A DNA stretch of 60,997 nucleotides, taken from NCBI GenBank assembly GCA_013791705.1, contig VMTF01000025.1, forward strand, positions 1 to 60,997. Direction: 5' to 3'. The position numbers and the translations under genes are program-made. The notes under the pieces were generated by a model. The model saw nothing but the letters and a program-made list of their open reading frames with translations. It made no database searches and had not been told where the DNA came from. Position 1 is the first letter of the stretch. The number at the start of each line of letters is the position of its first letter. Source of the stretch: Sphingomonadales bacterium (GTDB lineage Bacteria; Pseudomonadota; Alphaproteobacteria; Sphingomonadales; Sphingomonadaceae). This document shows positions 10,859-22,638 of the stretch, in pieces.

Positions 10859-12141
10859 GCTGGCTCCGCGCGGTGCTGGCGCGATTCTGGCAGTGGGGCA
10901 TCTGGAGTCCGAACCAGCGGCTGATCGCGGTTTCTGCGGTCGGCATGGCGGTGATGCTGGTGTGGGCGGCGGTGGCGCCGGTCGATGAAATCACGCGCGG
11001 AATGGGCAAGGTGATCCCGTCGAGCAAGGTCCAGCTCATCCAGGCAGCGGCGCCTTCGGTGGTCCAGGAAATCCTCGTCCGGCAGGGCCAACTGGTCAAG
11101 AAAGGCCAGTTGCTCGTGCGGCTCGACGATTCGCAGTCCGCCTCGGCCCTTGGCCAGTTGCAGGCCGAAAGCGAACGCCTGACGGCCCGCGCGGAGCGGC
11201 TGCAGCGCGAAGGCACCGGGCAGGGCGGGGGCTGCGCGGAAGGCACGGTTTGCGCCGAGGAAGAGGCGCTCTCCGAAGTGCGGCGGGCGACCGCAGCCAG
11301 CAAACAGAACGCTCTGGCGGCTGCGGTGGAGCAGCGCCGCCGCGATTTGCAGGAAGGCCAGGCCACCGTGGCCTCGCTGACGAACAGCGCGCGACTGGCG
11401 CAGGATCAGGTAAACATGCTCTCGCCGCTCGCGGCCAAGGGCATCGTTCCCAAGACCGAGCTGCTTACCGCGCAGCGCGAGCTGGTCGACGTGCAGGGCC
11501 GCCTCGCCGCCGCGCGGCAGGGCGTCGGGCGCGCTTCCGCCGCGATCGCCGAGGCGCAGGCGCAATTGAACGAGGCACGGCTCGATTTCCGCCAGCAGGC
11601 GCTGAACGAGCGCAGCGACGTCACCACCAAGCTCGCCGTGAACGAAGAGACGATGAAGGGCGCCGCGGCCCGGCTTGAGCGCAACGAATTGCGCGCACCG
11701 GTCAACGGCCTCGTCAACGATGTGGCGATCGCCACCGTCGGCGGGTTCGTGAATGCGGGCGAAAAGGTGATGCAGGTCGTCCCGGTCGATGACAAGCTGC
11801 TGGTTGAGGCGCGGATTTCCCCGAAGGACATCGCTTTCCTGAAGCTTGGCGACCGGGCGAACGTGAAAGTCACCGCCTACGATTTCTCGATCTACGGCGG
11901 CCTGCCCGGCAAAGTGCGCAACATCAGCGCCGACAGCATTTATGACGAGGCCGAAAAGCAGGCCTACTACACCGTGGTCGTCGAGACCGACCGGGCCTAC
12001 CTCGTGAAAAGTGGCCGCAGATTGCCGATCATGCCGGGCATGATCTGCGATGTGGAAATCATCACCGGCAGCAAGAGCGTGCTGGCCTATCTGATGAAGC
12101 CGGTGTTGCGGGGGCTCGACGAGGCGCTGACCGAGCGGTGA
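10855..12141 (+). CDS. HlyD/LapC-family T1SS membrane fusion protein
   Basis: N-terminal TM, coiled coil, KVTAYDFSIYG, IMPGM..VEIITG motifs. Confidence 0.92.
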   Translation: MSWLRAVLARFWQWGIWSPNQRLIAVSAVGMAVMLVWAAVAPVDEITRGMGKVIPSSKVQLIQAAAPSVVQEILVRQGQLVKKGQLLVRLDDSQSASALGQLQAESERLTARAERLQREGTGQGGGCAEGTVCAEEEALSEVRRATAASKQNALAAAVEQRRRDLQEGQATVASLTNSARLAQDQVNMLSPLAAKGIVPKTELLTAQRELVDVQGRLAAARQGVGRASAAIAEAQAQLNEARLDFRQQALNERSDVTTKLAVNEETMKGAAARLERNELRAPVNGLVNDVAIATVGGFVNAGEKVMQVVPVDDKLLVEARISPKDIAFLKLGDRANVKVTAYDFSIYGGLPGKVRNISADSIYDEAEKQAYYTVVVETDRAYLVKSGRRLPIMPGMICDVEIITGSKSVLAYLMKPVLRGLDEALTER

Positions 12142-12165
12142 CGGCTGCCGGGTGCGGCGCCTGTC

Positions 12166-13101
12166 TCAGTAGCCGTGCAGCCACTTGCCCTGCTGGTTGA
12201 AGGGCATGATCGGGCGGTAGTCGATCGCGGCATTGGCATCGACCAGCGTGTTGGTCGCGTTGTCGAGCAGCCAGAACGTGCTGCCGTCGCGCACCACCAG
12301 CAGGGCATGATCGGCATTGCGGGCAAGGTCGCGGGCGATCGTCAGGAACATCGCATCGCGCGGCACGCCGGCGGCGGCCAGCAGTTGCATCTTGAGGATC
12401 GCGATGTCTTCGCAATCACCGGCGCGCCGGCGCAAGGTGGTGCGGGCATCGGCCCAGAAATCCGCCTTGCGGTAAAGATCCCGGTCCTCGGCATAGCGGA
12501 TGCGTCCGTTCGCCCAGACGTTCACCGCCTTGATCCGCGCCAGTTGACCGCCGTTTTCGGAGCCGAGCGGCAGTCCCCGCACCAAGCCGCCCGGCAGCGC
12601 GGCGCCGCTCACGCGCGCCCATTGCGCGTCGAAGCTGGTGTGCGAAACCGGCAGGCGCCGGCTCGACAGGAAGTCGTCCGGGCCGACGGTGCGGGCCGGG
12701 CGGGGCAGCGCCAGTCCGGGCGCCATCCGGGTGATCGCCGGCTGGCTGAAGGTGAACTGCGCGGACCCGCTGCAACCGGTCGGTCCCGCCGCCGGACCGG
12801 ACGGGCTGGCCGGAGCCGGCGCCAGACCTGCCGACGCGGCCGAAGCCTGCTGGCGCATGATCCGTTCGAGCTGGCTTGGCTCGCCGCCCAGGATTGCCGA
12901 AGCCTTGGAAAACGGAGAAGCTCGTGCCGCAAGCTGGCCGGTAGCGGGTCCGGCACCTGCACAGCCGGGCTGGGCCGGCAGCGAAATCGCCGTCGCGAAC
13001 GCGGCCGGCAGCAGGCCGAAGCCGGTCGCGGCCGAGGCTTGCCCGGCAAGGGCAAGACCGGAGGCCATGGTCAGCAGCAGGGGCAGGGTGCGGCACTTCA
13101 T
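12166..13101 (-). CDS. LapG-like transglutaminase-like cysteine protease (BTLCP)
   Basis: Signal peptide; DFWA...GDCEDIAILK; HALLVV; LDN (C-H-D triad); convergent on the T1SS operon. Confidence 0.88.
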   Translation of the reverse strand: MKCRTLPLLLTMASGLALAGQASAATGFGLLPAAFATAISLPAQPGCAGAGPATGQLAARASPFSKASAILGGEPSQLERIMRQQASAASAGLAPAPASPSGPAAGPTGCSGSAQFTFSQPAITRMAPGLALPRPARTVGPDDFLSSRRLPVSHTSFDAQWARVSGAALPGGLVRGLPLGSENGGQLARIKAVNVWANGRIRYAEDRDLYRKADFWADARTTLRRRAGDCEDIAILKMQLLAAAGVPRDAMFLTIARDLARNADHALLVVRDGSTFWLLDNATNTLVDANAAIDYRPIMPFNQQGKWLHGY

Positions 13102-13291
13102 TGCCGGCACAATGTCGCCGCAAGTTCACCATCAGGTGCAGCGATCTGGTTAACGCCCGCTTCGGATTTACCGAGACGGGCACCGCACGAGCGGCGGCCG
13201 GCGCAAGGCTCCTTGCTCCCGCCGCCATGGCTGGGATACCCTCCCCCGCAACCAAAGTGCCGCGTGGCCTGATCGTGAGAGGAATACCCGA

Positions 13292-15220
<1,929 letters not shown>

Positions 15221-15251
15221 GCGCCTGCTCCGGTGGAGAAGCAGGGCCGGT

Positions 15252-15995
15252 TCAGGCCGGCGGTTCGCCCCCGACCGGCGCGGCGCCATACTTGTAGTCG
15301 AGATAGCGGGTCCGGATAGCGAGATCGTCGATCTTGCCCGAGGCGAGCTGGCGGGTGACCGAATCGACTTCCCCGCTGATCCGGCCGAGCCCTTCGATCA
15401 GTTGCTCGCCCGGCGTTCCGCCCGCGCGCGGTTCGGTGCGCAGCCTGGCCGGAATGGCGGTGTAGGTGCTGACCAGATCGGGCAGGTGTTCGCCCACCAG
15501 CTTGCGGATTTCGGCGGCGGCGGGCTGTTTCTCGTCTACCTGGTCGAGCTGGAGGCCCAGCGCGTCGAGCTGCACGCCAATCTGGTCGATCAGGCGGATG
15601 GCGGGCGCGGGCAGCGCGGGGCGCTGGCTTTCGAGCCAGAGCTCGGTGTTGCCGACAGTCGACTTCAGCGACCCGTGCGCGAGCTGCTGGCGGGTCGGCA
15701 CTTTGAGTCGCGGATAGCGCAGCAGCAGCGCCGCGACGAGTACCGCGGCCAGCACGGTGTAGAACAGGCCGGCAAAGCCGATGCCGTCAACCGCCAGGCC
15801 GAGCCCGATCGCGGCGATGATGACGCCGATCACGCCCAGCACCATGCGCCGGATGCGCCCGAGCAGGTGCTGCCGCTTCAGCGCGCGCGAACGGCCGCCG
15901 ATCGACGGGCCGGTTGTGCGGGCCAGCCGCTGATCCGTCATGGCGGCGTTCGCCGTGGCGAGAATGCGGTCGCTGTCGTGGGCGGGCGAGGGCAA
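15252..15995 (-). CDS. Membrane protein, putative XpaC-like partner of TelA
   Basis: Two N-terminal TM helices then a helical cytoplasmic domain; 5 bp downstream of telA. Confidence 0.6.
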   Translation of the reverse strand: MPSPAHDSDRILATANAAMTDQRLARTTGPSIGGRSRALKRQHLLGRIRRMVLGVIGVIIAAIGLGLAVDGIGFAGLFYTVLAAVLVAALLLRYPRLKVPTRQQLAHGSLKSTVGNTELWLESQRPALPAPAIRLIDQIGVQLDALGLQLDQVDEKQPAAAEIRKLVGEHLPDLVSTYTAIPARLRTEPRAGGTPGEQLIEGLGRISGEVDSVTRQLASGKIDDLAIRTRYLDYKYGAAPVGGEPPA

Positions 15996-16000
15996 GCGGC

Positions 16001-17233
16001 CTAACCTTCGAGGCTGAGCGGCGAGGGCATCGCTTCCACCGCCTTGGCCTGATCCGCGCCCTGTGCCCGGGCGATATAGCCCTTGGACTTTTCGAGTTCG
16101 GTCGAGAGTGTGTCGACTGTCTGCTTCATTGCGTCGAGCGCCTTGAGCTTGAAGGTGTCGATCGAATCCATCGTGTCATAGATGTTCTGGAAAGCGCGCT
16201 GCAGCGTTTCGAGCGGGACCGTGCTGGCGGCGGCCTGTTCGTGGATTTGCGCGGTCTGGTCCTTGAGCAGCTTGCCGGTCGAATCGATGATGTTTGCGGT
16301 CGTCGTGTTGAGCGCGGTCACCTGTTCGAGCACGAGCCGCTGGTTGGTCATCGCCTGGGCCACGGTCACGGCGGTGCGCAGCGCGGCGACCGTGGTGGTG
16401 CTGGCGCGGTCAACCCCTTTCACCAGCTCGACATTGTTCTTCTTGACGAGATCGAGCGCGAGATAGCCCTGCACGCTCACGGCCATCTGCGTCATCAGAT
16501 CCTGCGTGCGCTGGCGGGTGTAGAACAGCGCGCTTTCGCGGATCGCCTTGGCTTTGGCGGGTTCGGTCGCGTCGCATTCGGCGGCAACTTCTTCCAGTCT
16601 AGCATCCATCGCGCGGCTGATGTGGATCATCTGCTCGAGGTTGCCCATGGCTTCCCACAGTTTCTGCCGCTCCACATCGATCGAGGCATTGTCCATCAGC
16701 AGCTCGTCCTTGCCCGAGCCGAGGTGGGTGAGGATCGACTGGATATGGCCCTGCGCCGACTCGTAGGAATTGAAGTAGCGCTTGAGATTGTTGCCGAAAG
16801 GAATGAACCCCAGGATCTTGCGGCCGACCGACAGCTTGCCGCTGCGGCCCGGATCGAGCTCCTCCACCGTGCGGCGCAATTCTGCCAGATCGGCGCCGAC
16901 GCCGGAATCCTTGTCCATCGCGCGAACCGGCCGGTCGAGAAACCGGTTCGACATGCCCGCCGCCGCCGCGATTTCCTTGCGGCCCATGTTGGTGAGCTGG
17001 TCGATCCGCTTGCCGAATTCGGGGCTGTTGGGATCCTGTGCGACGAGATCGGCGATGAACGCATCGACCTTCTGCGCGAGCTTGTCCTTGTTCTCGTTCG
17101 AAATGGGGACAAGGCCGACCGCCTGCGCCGGAGTGACCTGCGGAACCGGGTCCGGCGGGGTCAGCGAGAGGGCGCCGGAAGCGCCCGGCCCTTCGGCCAG
17201 CTTGGTCGCAGTCGCGTCAGGATCAGTTGCCAT
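16001..17233 (-). CDS. telA: Toxic anion resistance protein TelA/KlaA family
   Basis: Long coiled-coil protein; NN.EL..GVDRA..TTV.ALRTAV motif. Confidence 0.85.
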   Translation of the reverse strand: MATDPDATATKLAEGPGASGALSLTPPDPVPQVTPAQAVGLVPISNENKDKLAQKVDAFIADLVAQDPNSPEFGKRIDQLTNMGRKEIAAAAGMSNRFLDRPVRAMDKDSGVGADLAELRRTVEELDPGRSGKLSVGRKILGFIPFGNNLKRYFNSYESAQGHIQSILTHLGSGKDELLMDNASIDVERQKLWEAMGNLEQMIHISRAMDARLEEVAAECDATEPAKAKAIRESALFYTRQRTQDLMTQMAVSVQGYLALDLVKKNNVELVKGVDRASTTTVAALRTAVTVAQAMTNQRLVLEQVTALNTTTANIIDSTGKLLKDQTAQIHEQAAASTVPLETLQRAFQNIYDTMDSIDTFKLKALDAMKQTVDTLSTELEKSKGYIARAQGADQAKAVEAMPSPLSLEG

Positions 17234-17351
17234 GCTCGTGGATATCCCGGTTTCCAGCCGCCTGAGATGGCGTGTTACAGCATCAGGTTCAAGCTGTATT
17301 ATGAGTGTAATACAGAGTTTCTCGTGACGGTAGCGCCCCCGTCGGCCCCGC

Positions 17352-17651
17352 TCAGCCCCCGCTCAATCGCCGCATCATGCGCCTGAGGCGGCCTTCGCGC
17401 GGACCTTCGGGCAAAGTCTGTCCGGTGGCGTCGAGCAGGTACTTGGCGAGGATCAGCGCCTGGTTCTTCGTCATCAGGTAATGGCGCGCGGCAATCGTGT
17501 CGTGATCGCGGTTGTCGCCGATCGTCGATTGCAGCTTGAGCTGGATGCCGCGGGTAAAGGGGGCGTGCGACCAGCCGAGCAATACGCCGAAATCGTCGCT
17601 CGCGCCGGTGTCTTGCGGCTGCCGGCCCGCTTCGCTTGCCGATGTGGCCAT
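17352..17651 (-). CDS. Small hypothetical protein
   Basis: 99 aa ORF with plausible composition (GVLLGWSH...LMTKNQALILAKYL). Confidence 0.65.
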   Translation of the reverse strand: MATSASEAGRQPQDTGASDDFGVLLGWSHAPFTRGIQLKLQSTIGDNRDHDTIAARHYLMTKNQALILAKYLLDATGQTLPEGPREGRLRRMMRRLSGG

Positions 17652-17791
17652 CACAACATTCCTAAACAGCGTTAACCACGCGATTACACTATCGATTGGC
17701 CCGGCAGGTCAAGCGCCTTGCCGGTGTCGAGCGCAATTGCCCACCATTCGGATCGATCCGGTCGCAACTTGTGCCGCCGCCGGTCGCGCGA

Positions 17792-19534
17792 TCAGGCCGC
17801 CAGTTCGTAGGGCTGGATATCGCCGGCCAGATAGAGATTGCGCGCCTTGGCCCGGCTGAGCTTGCCCGAACTGGTGCGCGGCAGCGTGCGCGGGGGCACG
17901 AGTTCGACCACGCAGTTCATGCCGGTGATCGAGCGGACCTTGTCGCGGATCTGGTCGTGCAGCTTGCGGCGTTCGGCAGGGTCGGTGATGCGGCAGTGGA
18001 CCAGCACCGCAGGTACTTCCTCGCCACTTGCGGACTGGACCGCGAAGGCCGCGATATCGCCCTGATGGAAGCCGGGCAATTGTTCGACCGCCCACTCGAT
18101 GTCCTGCGGCCAGTGGTTCTTGCCGTTGATGATGATCATGTCCTTCGCCCGGCCGACGATGAACAGATAGCCCTTGGTCATGTAGCCCATGTCGCCGGTG
18201 TCGAGCCAGCCGTCGACCAGGCAGGCCCCGGTCGATTCCGGATCGCGGAAGTAAGAATGCATGACGGACGGACCCTTGCACCAGACCTTGCCGATATGGT
18301 GATCGGCCACGACCTGACCATGCTCGCCGCGGATTTCGACGGCCATGTCGCGCACCGGCTTGCCGCAATTGACGATTGCGCGATAGCGGGCCGGGCGAGA
18401 GAGGTCGCGCGGGCAGCCGGACAGGCGCTCTTCCTCGACCAGTTCGACGCGGATTCCTTCGCCCGGCGGCATGATCGTGACCGCCAGCGTCGCCTCGGCC
18501 AGGCCATAGCTCGGCAGGAACGCGCTGGCCCTGAATCCGGCATCGGCAAAGGCGTTGACGAAGCCCTGCATCACGTCGGGCCGGATCATGTCGGCCCCGT
18601 TGCCGGCGACCCGCCAGCGCGAAAGGTCGAACCGTTCCGCCACGTGGCTCTGGCTCGAGATGCGGCGCGAGCAGATGTCATAGCCGAAGGTTGGCGAATA
18701 GGAGAGCGTGGTGCCCGGGTTGCGGCTGATCATGTCGAGCCAGGCCAGCGGGCGGCGCGCGAAATCCTCGGTCTTGAGATAGTCGGTCGAAACCTGGTTG
18801 GCGATCACCGAGAGGAAGCAGCCGACCAGCCCCATGTCGTGATACCACGGTAGCCAGCTCACGCAGCGATCCTGCTGCTGGACCTTCATGCCGTGGCCGT
18901 GGCCGGCGAGGTTGTTGAGCAGCGCCTCGTGCGTGACGGCAACGCCGTGGGGAAAGCGGGTCGAACCCGAGGAATATTGCAGGTAGCAGATGTCGTCCGG
19001 GCTGGCCTGCGGCAGGAGGGCATCGGTCGGCGGCGCGATGTCCAGCAAATCCTGCCAGGCGATACCTTCGCAGCCTTGCCGGTTTGCGGCGATTCCGGCG
19101 ATCTCGGCAATTTCGCCGGGGTAGAACAGGATCGAAGGGTCGGCGCTTCCAAGCTGGACGACGAGCTGCTCGATGTAGTTGTCCTTGCCGCCGAAGCTGG
19201 TCGGCAGCGGCAGCGGGACCGGCCAGGCGCCCGCATAGATCGTGCCACAGAACAGGGCGGCGAATTCCGGCCCGGTTTCGGCGATCAGCGCGATCCGGTC
19301 TTCCGGCCGAACCCCGCGCGCGACCAGGCGGCGGGCGACGGCCAGCGCATCGGTGCGCAGCTCGGAGTATGGATAGACGCGGGCAAGGTTGCCGCGCGCG
19401 TCGTGGAAATTCAGCCCGCGCTTGCCGGTTGCGGCATAGTCGAGCGCTTCGCCGAAGGTTCGGAAATCCGAAAAACGGCGCGGCAACGTATCTTCATTGG
19501 GAGTCGGCACCAGCGTGGTGGTGGTGTCGTTCAT
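17792..19534 (-). CDS. Fatty acyl-AMP ligase
   Basis: YLQYSSGSTRFPHGV, SWLPWYHDMGLVG, SYGLAEATL, LPRTSSGKL; start at MNDTTT. Confidence 0.9.
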   Translation of the reverse strand: MNDTTTTLVPTPNEDTLPRRFSDFRTFGEALDYAATGKRGLNFHDARGNLARVYPYSELRTDALAVARRLVARGVRPEDRIALIAETGPEFAALFCGTIYAGAWPVPLPLPTSFGGKDNYIEQLVVQLGSADPSILFYPGEIAEIAGIAANRQGCEGIAWQDLLDIAPPTDALLPQASPDDICYLQYSSGSTRFPHGVAVTHEALLNNLAGHGHGMKVQQQDRCVSWLPWYHDMGLVGCFLSVIANQVSTDYLKTEDFARRPLAWLDMISRNPGTTLSYSPTFGYDICSRRISSQSHVAERFDLSRWRVAGNGADMIRPDVMQGFVNAFADAGFRASAFLPSYGLAEATLAVTIMPPGEGIRVELVEEERLSGCPRDLSRPARYRAIVNCGKPVRDMAVEIRGEHGQVVADHHIGKVWCKGPSVMHSYFRDPESTGACLVDGWLDTGDMGYMTKGYLFIVGRAKDMIIINGKNHWPQDIEWAVEQLPGFHQGDIAAFAVQSASGEEVPAVLVHCRITDPAERRKLHDQIRDKVRSITGMNCVVELVPPRTLPRTSSGKLSRAKARNLYLAGDIQPYELAA

Positions 19535-19695
19535 GCGCGATAGCCCGTCTGTTGTTGTCGCCTGGCGGTCGTAAAGTTGGCGCTTCTTAGTGCTTTGAAC
19601 TGAACTTGTCATGGCCGCGCGAACCCCCCGGCTGCGCCCCGGCCCCAATGCCGGGCCTCCCCAATCGTTAACGACTGTGGCACGAATAAGGCCAT

Positions 19696-20355
19696 ATGAC
19701 GTCCACACCAAGACAGAAACGTGCACCGCGACCGCTTGATGCCGCGCGTCTGGACGAGCTCGCACTCGCTTACGTCGCCCGATTCGCGGCGAGCGCGGCT
19801 AAACTCGAAAGCTATCTGAAACGCAAGGTGCGTGAGCGTGGCTGGGTTGAGGCAACTGGTCCGGATGGCGAAACTCGGCCAGAGTCAGAGCCAAAGTCGA
19901 GGTTGGGGCCAGAGTCGGGGCCAGAGTCGGGGCCGGAATCGGGAGGGGACTTTTCCCCGGAAATCTCGCCCGATACCCTGATTCCCGAACTGGTCGCCCG
20001 GTTTGTGCGGGCCGGTTACGTCGATGATGCCGCGTTTGCCCGGGCCAAGGCCGGATCGTTGCGCCGCCGGGGCTATGGCGAGCGGCGGGTGGCGCAGGCG
20101 CTCGATGCGGCGGGGATCGCGTCGGACGTGCGGGCCGAAATCCGCGCCGGGGAAGGGGACCAGCGCCGGTCCGCACTGGCGCTTGCCAGCAAGCGGCGGT
20201 TCGGGCCGTGGGGTCCGCCGGTTGATCGTCCGGCGCGCGAAAAGCATCTTGCGGCGATGCTGCGCGCGGGCCATCGGCGCGACATGGCCCGCGCGATCAT
20301 TCACGCGCCCGACATCGAAAGCGCGCAAGAGTGGGCGGCGGAGGAGGACGAGTGA
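19696..20355 (+). CDS. recX: RecX-family regulator
   Basis: LALAYVARFA...YL.RK; GYVDDAAFA; RRGYGERR; internal low-complexity insert. Confidence 0.8.
   Translation: MTSTPRQKRAPRPLDAARLDELALAYVARFAASAAKLESYLKRKVRERGWVEATGPDGETRPESEPKSRLGPESGPESGPESGGDFSPEISPDTLIPELVARFVRAGYVDDAAFARAKAGSLRRRGYGERRVAQALDAAGIASDVRAEIRAGEGDQRRSALALASKRRFGPWGPPVDRPAREKHLAAMLRAGHRRDMARAIIHAPDIESAQEWAAEEDE
19876..19941 (+). repeat. In-frame 12-bp tandem repeat (GGGCCAGAGTCG; GPES) in recX
   Basis: Three copies at 19906-19941 plus two degenerate copies at 19876-19899. Confidence 0.85.
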
Positions 20356-20885
20356 TGCGCGTGAAGGCCCTGTTTGCGTTGCCGTTAATGGCCGTTGCGG
20401 CGTGCTCGCCGTCCCATGCCGACAGCCCGCAGTCCCAGATTCAGCAGTCCCGGATTCAGGCGCAGACGGTCGCCCCCGCTGCCGGCCAGCAGCGCCACCC
20501 GGTCTCGAACCTCGCGGTCATTCCGTTGTCGGTCGGCCCCCACAAGTTTGCGGTGGAAGTCGCGGCGAGCCGGGCCGAGCAGGCGCGGGGGTTGATGTTC
20601 CGCACCCAGATCGGCCCGGATGAGGGGATGATCTTCCCGTTCGATCCGCCGCGGCCGGCCAGCTTCTGGATGCGCAACACGGTGATCCCGCTCGATATCA
20701 TTTTCATCGGGCCGGACCGGCGCGTGCTCAACATCGCGGCAGACGCGATTCCCTATGACGAGACACCGCTGTCCTCGCTTGGCCAGGCCGCCGCCGTGCT
20801 GGAATTGAATGGCGGGCGGGCGGCGCAGCTCGGGATCAAGCCCGGCGATCTCGTGCAATGGTCAGTGCCCGGCCCCGCGCAGTGA
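20355..20885 (+). CDS. DUF192-family lipoprotein
   Basis: Lipobox VAAC; GLMFR, GMIF.F, FWMRNTVIPLDIIF, VLELNGG. Confidence 0.9.
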   Translation: MRVKALFALPLMAVAACSPSHADSPQSQIQQSRIQAQTVAPAAGQQRHPVSNLAVIPLSVGPHKFAVEVAASRAEQARGLMFRTQIGPDEGMIFPFDPPRPASFWMRNTVIPLDIIFIGPDRRVLNIAADAIPYDETPLSSLGQAAAVLELNGGRAAQLGIKPGDLVQWSVPGPAQ

Positions 20886-20952
20886 CGAGATCGGCGCAGG
20901 GCGTGCAACGCCCCTTGCCGCAGACCCCTGATTTCCGCTAGGCGCAGGGGCC

Positions 20953-21393
20953 ATGGGTATCCTCTCGAAAATCTTCACCTGGTGGGATGGCGCCACCATC
21001 GGCACCATGCTCGATAGCGCGCGCCACGGCGAGCAGGTCGGGACCGACGCGCAAGGCAACAAGTACTACCGCGCGCGGGCGCCCTATCCGAAGGGCCATC
21101 CGCGAGTCGGTCAGGAACGGCGCTGGGTGATCTACAACGGCGCGAACGACGCCAGCCGCGTGCCGGCCGAATGGCATGGCTGGCTGCACGGTTCGTTCGA
21201 TGGCGTGCCCGAAAGCTTCCTGCCTCCGCCGCGCATCTGGGAAGTGGATTACACCCCCAATGCCACCGGCACCGCGCAGGCCTATCGGCCGCAGGGTGCG
21301 CTGGAAAAGGGCGGCGTTCGCGCCAAGGCTACCGGGGACTATGAGGCCTGGTCGCCGGAAGCAGACTCCGGAACCGCGGCGCCGGGCGCCTGA
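20953..21393 (+). CDS. NADH:ubiquinone oxidoreductase subunit NDUFA12 family
   Basis: VGTDAQGNKYY, RRWVIY, PAEWHGWLH, DYEAWSP. Confidence 0.92.
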   Translation: MGILSKIFTWWDGATIGTMLDSARHGEQVGTDAQGNKYYRARAPYPKGHPRVGQERRWVIYNGANDASRVPAEWHGWLHGSFDGVPESFLPPPRIWEVDYTPNATGTAQAYRPQGALEKGGVRAKATGDYEAWSPEADSGTAAPGA

Positions 21394-21397
21394 TCTG

Positions 21398-22030
21398 ATG
21401 TGCCGGGCGCTGGCCCTCGTTTCGCTGGCGGCAATTGCCCTGTCCGGAATCGGCCTGGCCGGTTGCACGGGCGAGCCGGGGCCGTCGGCTCCCGAGGCAA
21501 CCGATGTCCCGGCCGCGCTCGCCAGCGGGCCAAGCGCGGCGCCCGCAGTCGAAAGCAAGTACGGGACTCCGGTGAAGGACCGTGTCGCCACGCTGGGCCT
21601 GCTCAACAAGCGCAACAACCTGATTCAGGATCTGGTGATGAAGACCGGCGAAACGCGCCGGATCGGCAACGTCATCGTCAAGCTGGCGAATTGCGAACGG
21701 ACCTTGCCGTGGGAAGATCCGCCTGAAGTCGGCGCGTTCGTTCAGGTCTGGGTGGAAGAGCGCGAGAATTCCAGCAAACCGCTCGCCTGGCGAAAGGATT
21801 TTTCGGGCTGGCTGTTCAAGAATTCGCCCTCGCTCAACGTGGTCGAGCATCCGGTCTATGACATCTGGGTCAAGGACTGTGCGATGAGCTTCCCGGGCGA
21901 GGAGGAAGATCCGGCCGCCTCCGCATCTTCCAGCAAGGCCGCGAAGCCTGCGGGCAAGCCGGTCACGGCCCCTGCGCCGGTGCCGACGCCCGCGTCATCT
22001 CCCGCCGCGACACCTGACGCCGCGCTCTGA
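21398..22030 (+). CDS. DUF2155-family lipoprotein
   Basis: Lipobox LAGC; FSGWLF..SPSLN.VEHPVYDIWV.DC. Confidence 0.88.
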   Translation: MCRALALVSLAAIALSGIGLAGCTGEPGPSAPEATDVPAALASGPSAAPAVESKYGTPVKDRVATLGLLNKRNNLIQDLVMKTGETRRIGNVIVKLANCERTLPWEDPPEVGAFVQVWVEERENSSKPLAWRKDFSGWLFKNSPSLNVVEHPVYDIWVKDCAMSFPGEEEDPAASASSSKAAKPAGKPVTAPAPVPTPASSPAATPDAAL

Positions 22031-22638
22031 CCGGCGGGCCGCTGGGCCTGTTTCAGCAGCGCAAGGTAGCGAGCCTGCGGAATTTCCACCGCGCCGAGCG
22101 AGGCGAGGTGTTCGGTCATGAACTGGCAATCGAGCAGTTCCGTCCCGGCCCGGCGCAGCGCCGCCACCAGCCAGGCGAGCGCGACCTTCGAGGCATCGGG
22201 CACCCGGCTGAACATCGATTCGCCACAGAACACCCGGTCGAACCCGACGCCATAAAGCCCGCCGACGAGCAGCGGTTCGCCGTCCGGCCCGGCCTGCCAG
22301 CATTCGATCGAATGGGCCTGTCCGGCTTCATGGAGCGCGCGATAGCTGGCGGCGATGCGGCCGCTGATCCAGGTTTCGTCGCTCTCGCGGCGCGGCGCCG
22401 CGCAAGCGGCCATCACCGCATCGAACGCGGCATTGCAGGTCACCGTGAAATGGCCCCGGCGCAAGGTGCGGGCCAGGGAGCGCGAGCAGCGGAAGCCGTC
22501 CAGCGGAAGGATCGCGCGCAGGCGCGGTTCGACCCAGAACACCTCGGGATCTTCGCGGCTGTCCGCCATCGGGAAGATCCCGCTGCGGTAGGCCAGCATC
22601 AGTAGCTGAGGATCGATGATCTTGCCCGGCGCGTGCAC
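21856..22638 (-). CDS. aat: Leucyl/phenylalanyl-tRNA--protein transferase
   Basis: AYRSGIFPM, LVGGLYGV, FCGESMFS, DASKVAL, LDCQF.TEHLASLGA. Confidence 0.95.
   Translation of the reverse strand: MHAPGKIIDPQLLMLAYRSGIFPMADSREDPEVFWVEPRLRAILPLDGFRCSRSLARTLRRGHFTVTCNAAFDAVMAACAAPRRESDETWISGRIAASYRALHEAGQAHSIECWQAGPDGEPLLVGGLYGVGFDRVFCGESMFSRVPDASKVALAWLVAALRRAGTELLDCQFMTEHLASLGAVEIPQARYLALLKQAQRPAGQSAASGVAAGDDAGVGTGAGAVTGLPAGFAALLEDAEAAGSSSSPGKLIAQSLTQMS

Noticed and set aside
19678-19695. Sigma-54 promoter (TGGCACG) before recX
   Set aside because: The -12 TTGC element is absent
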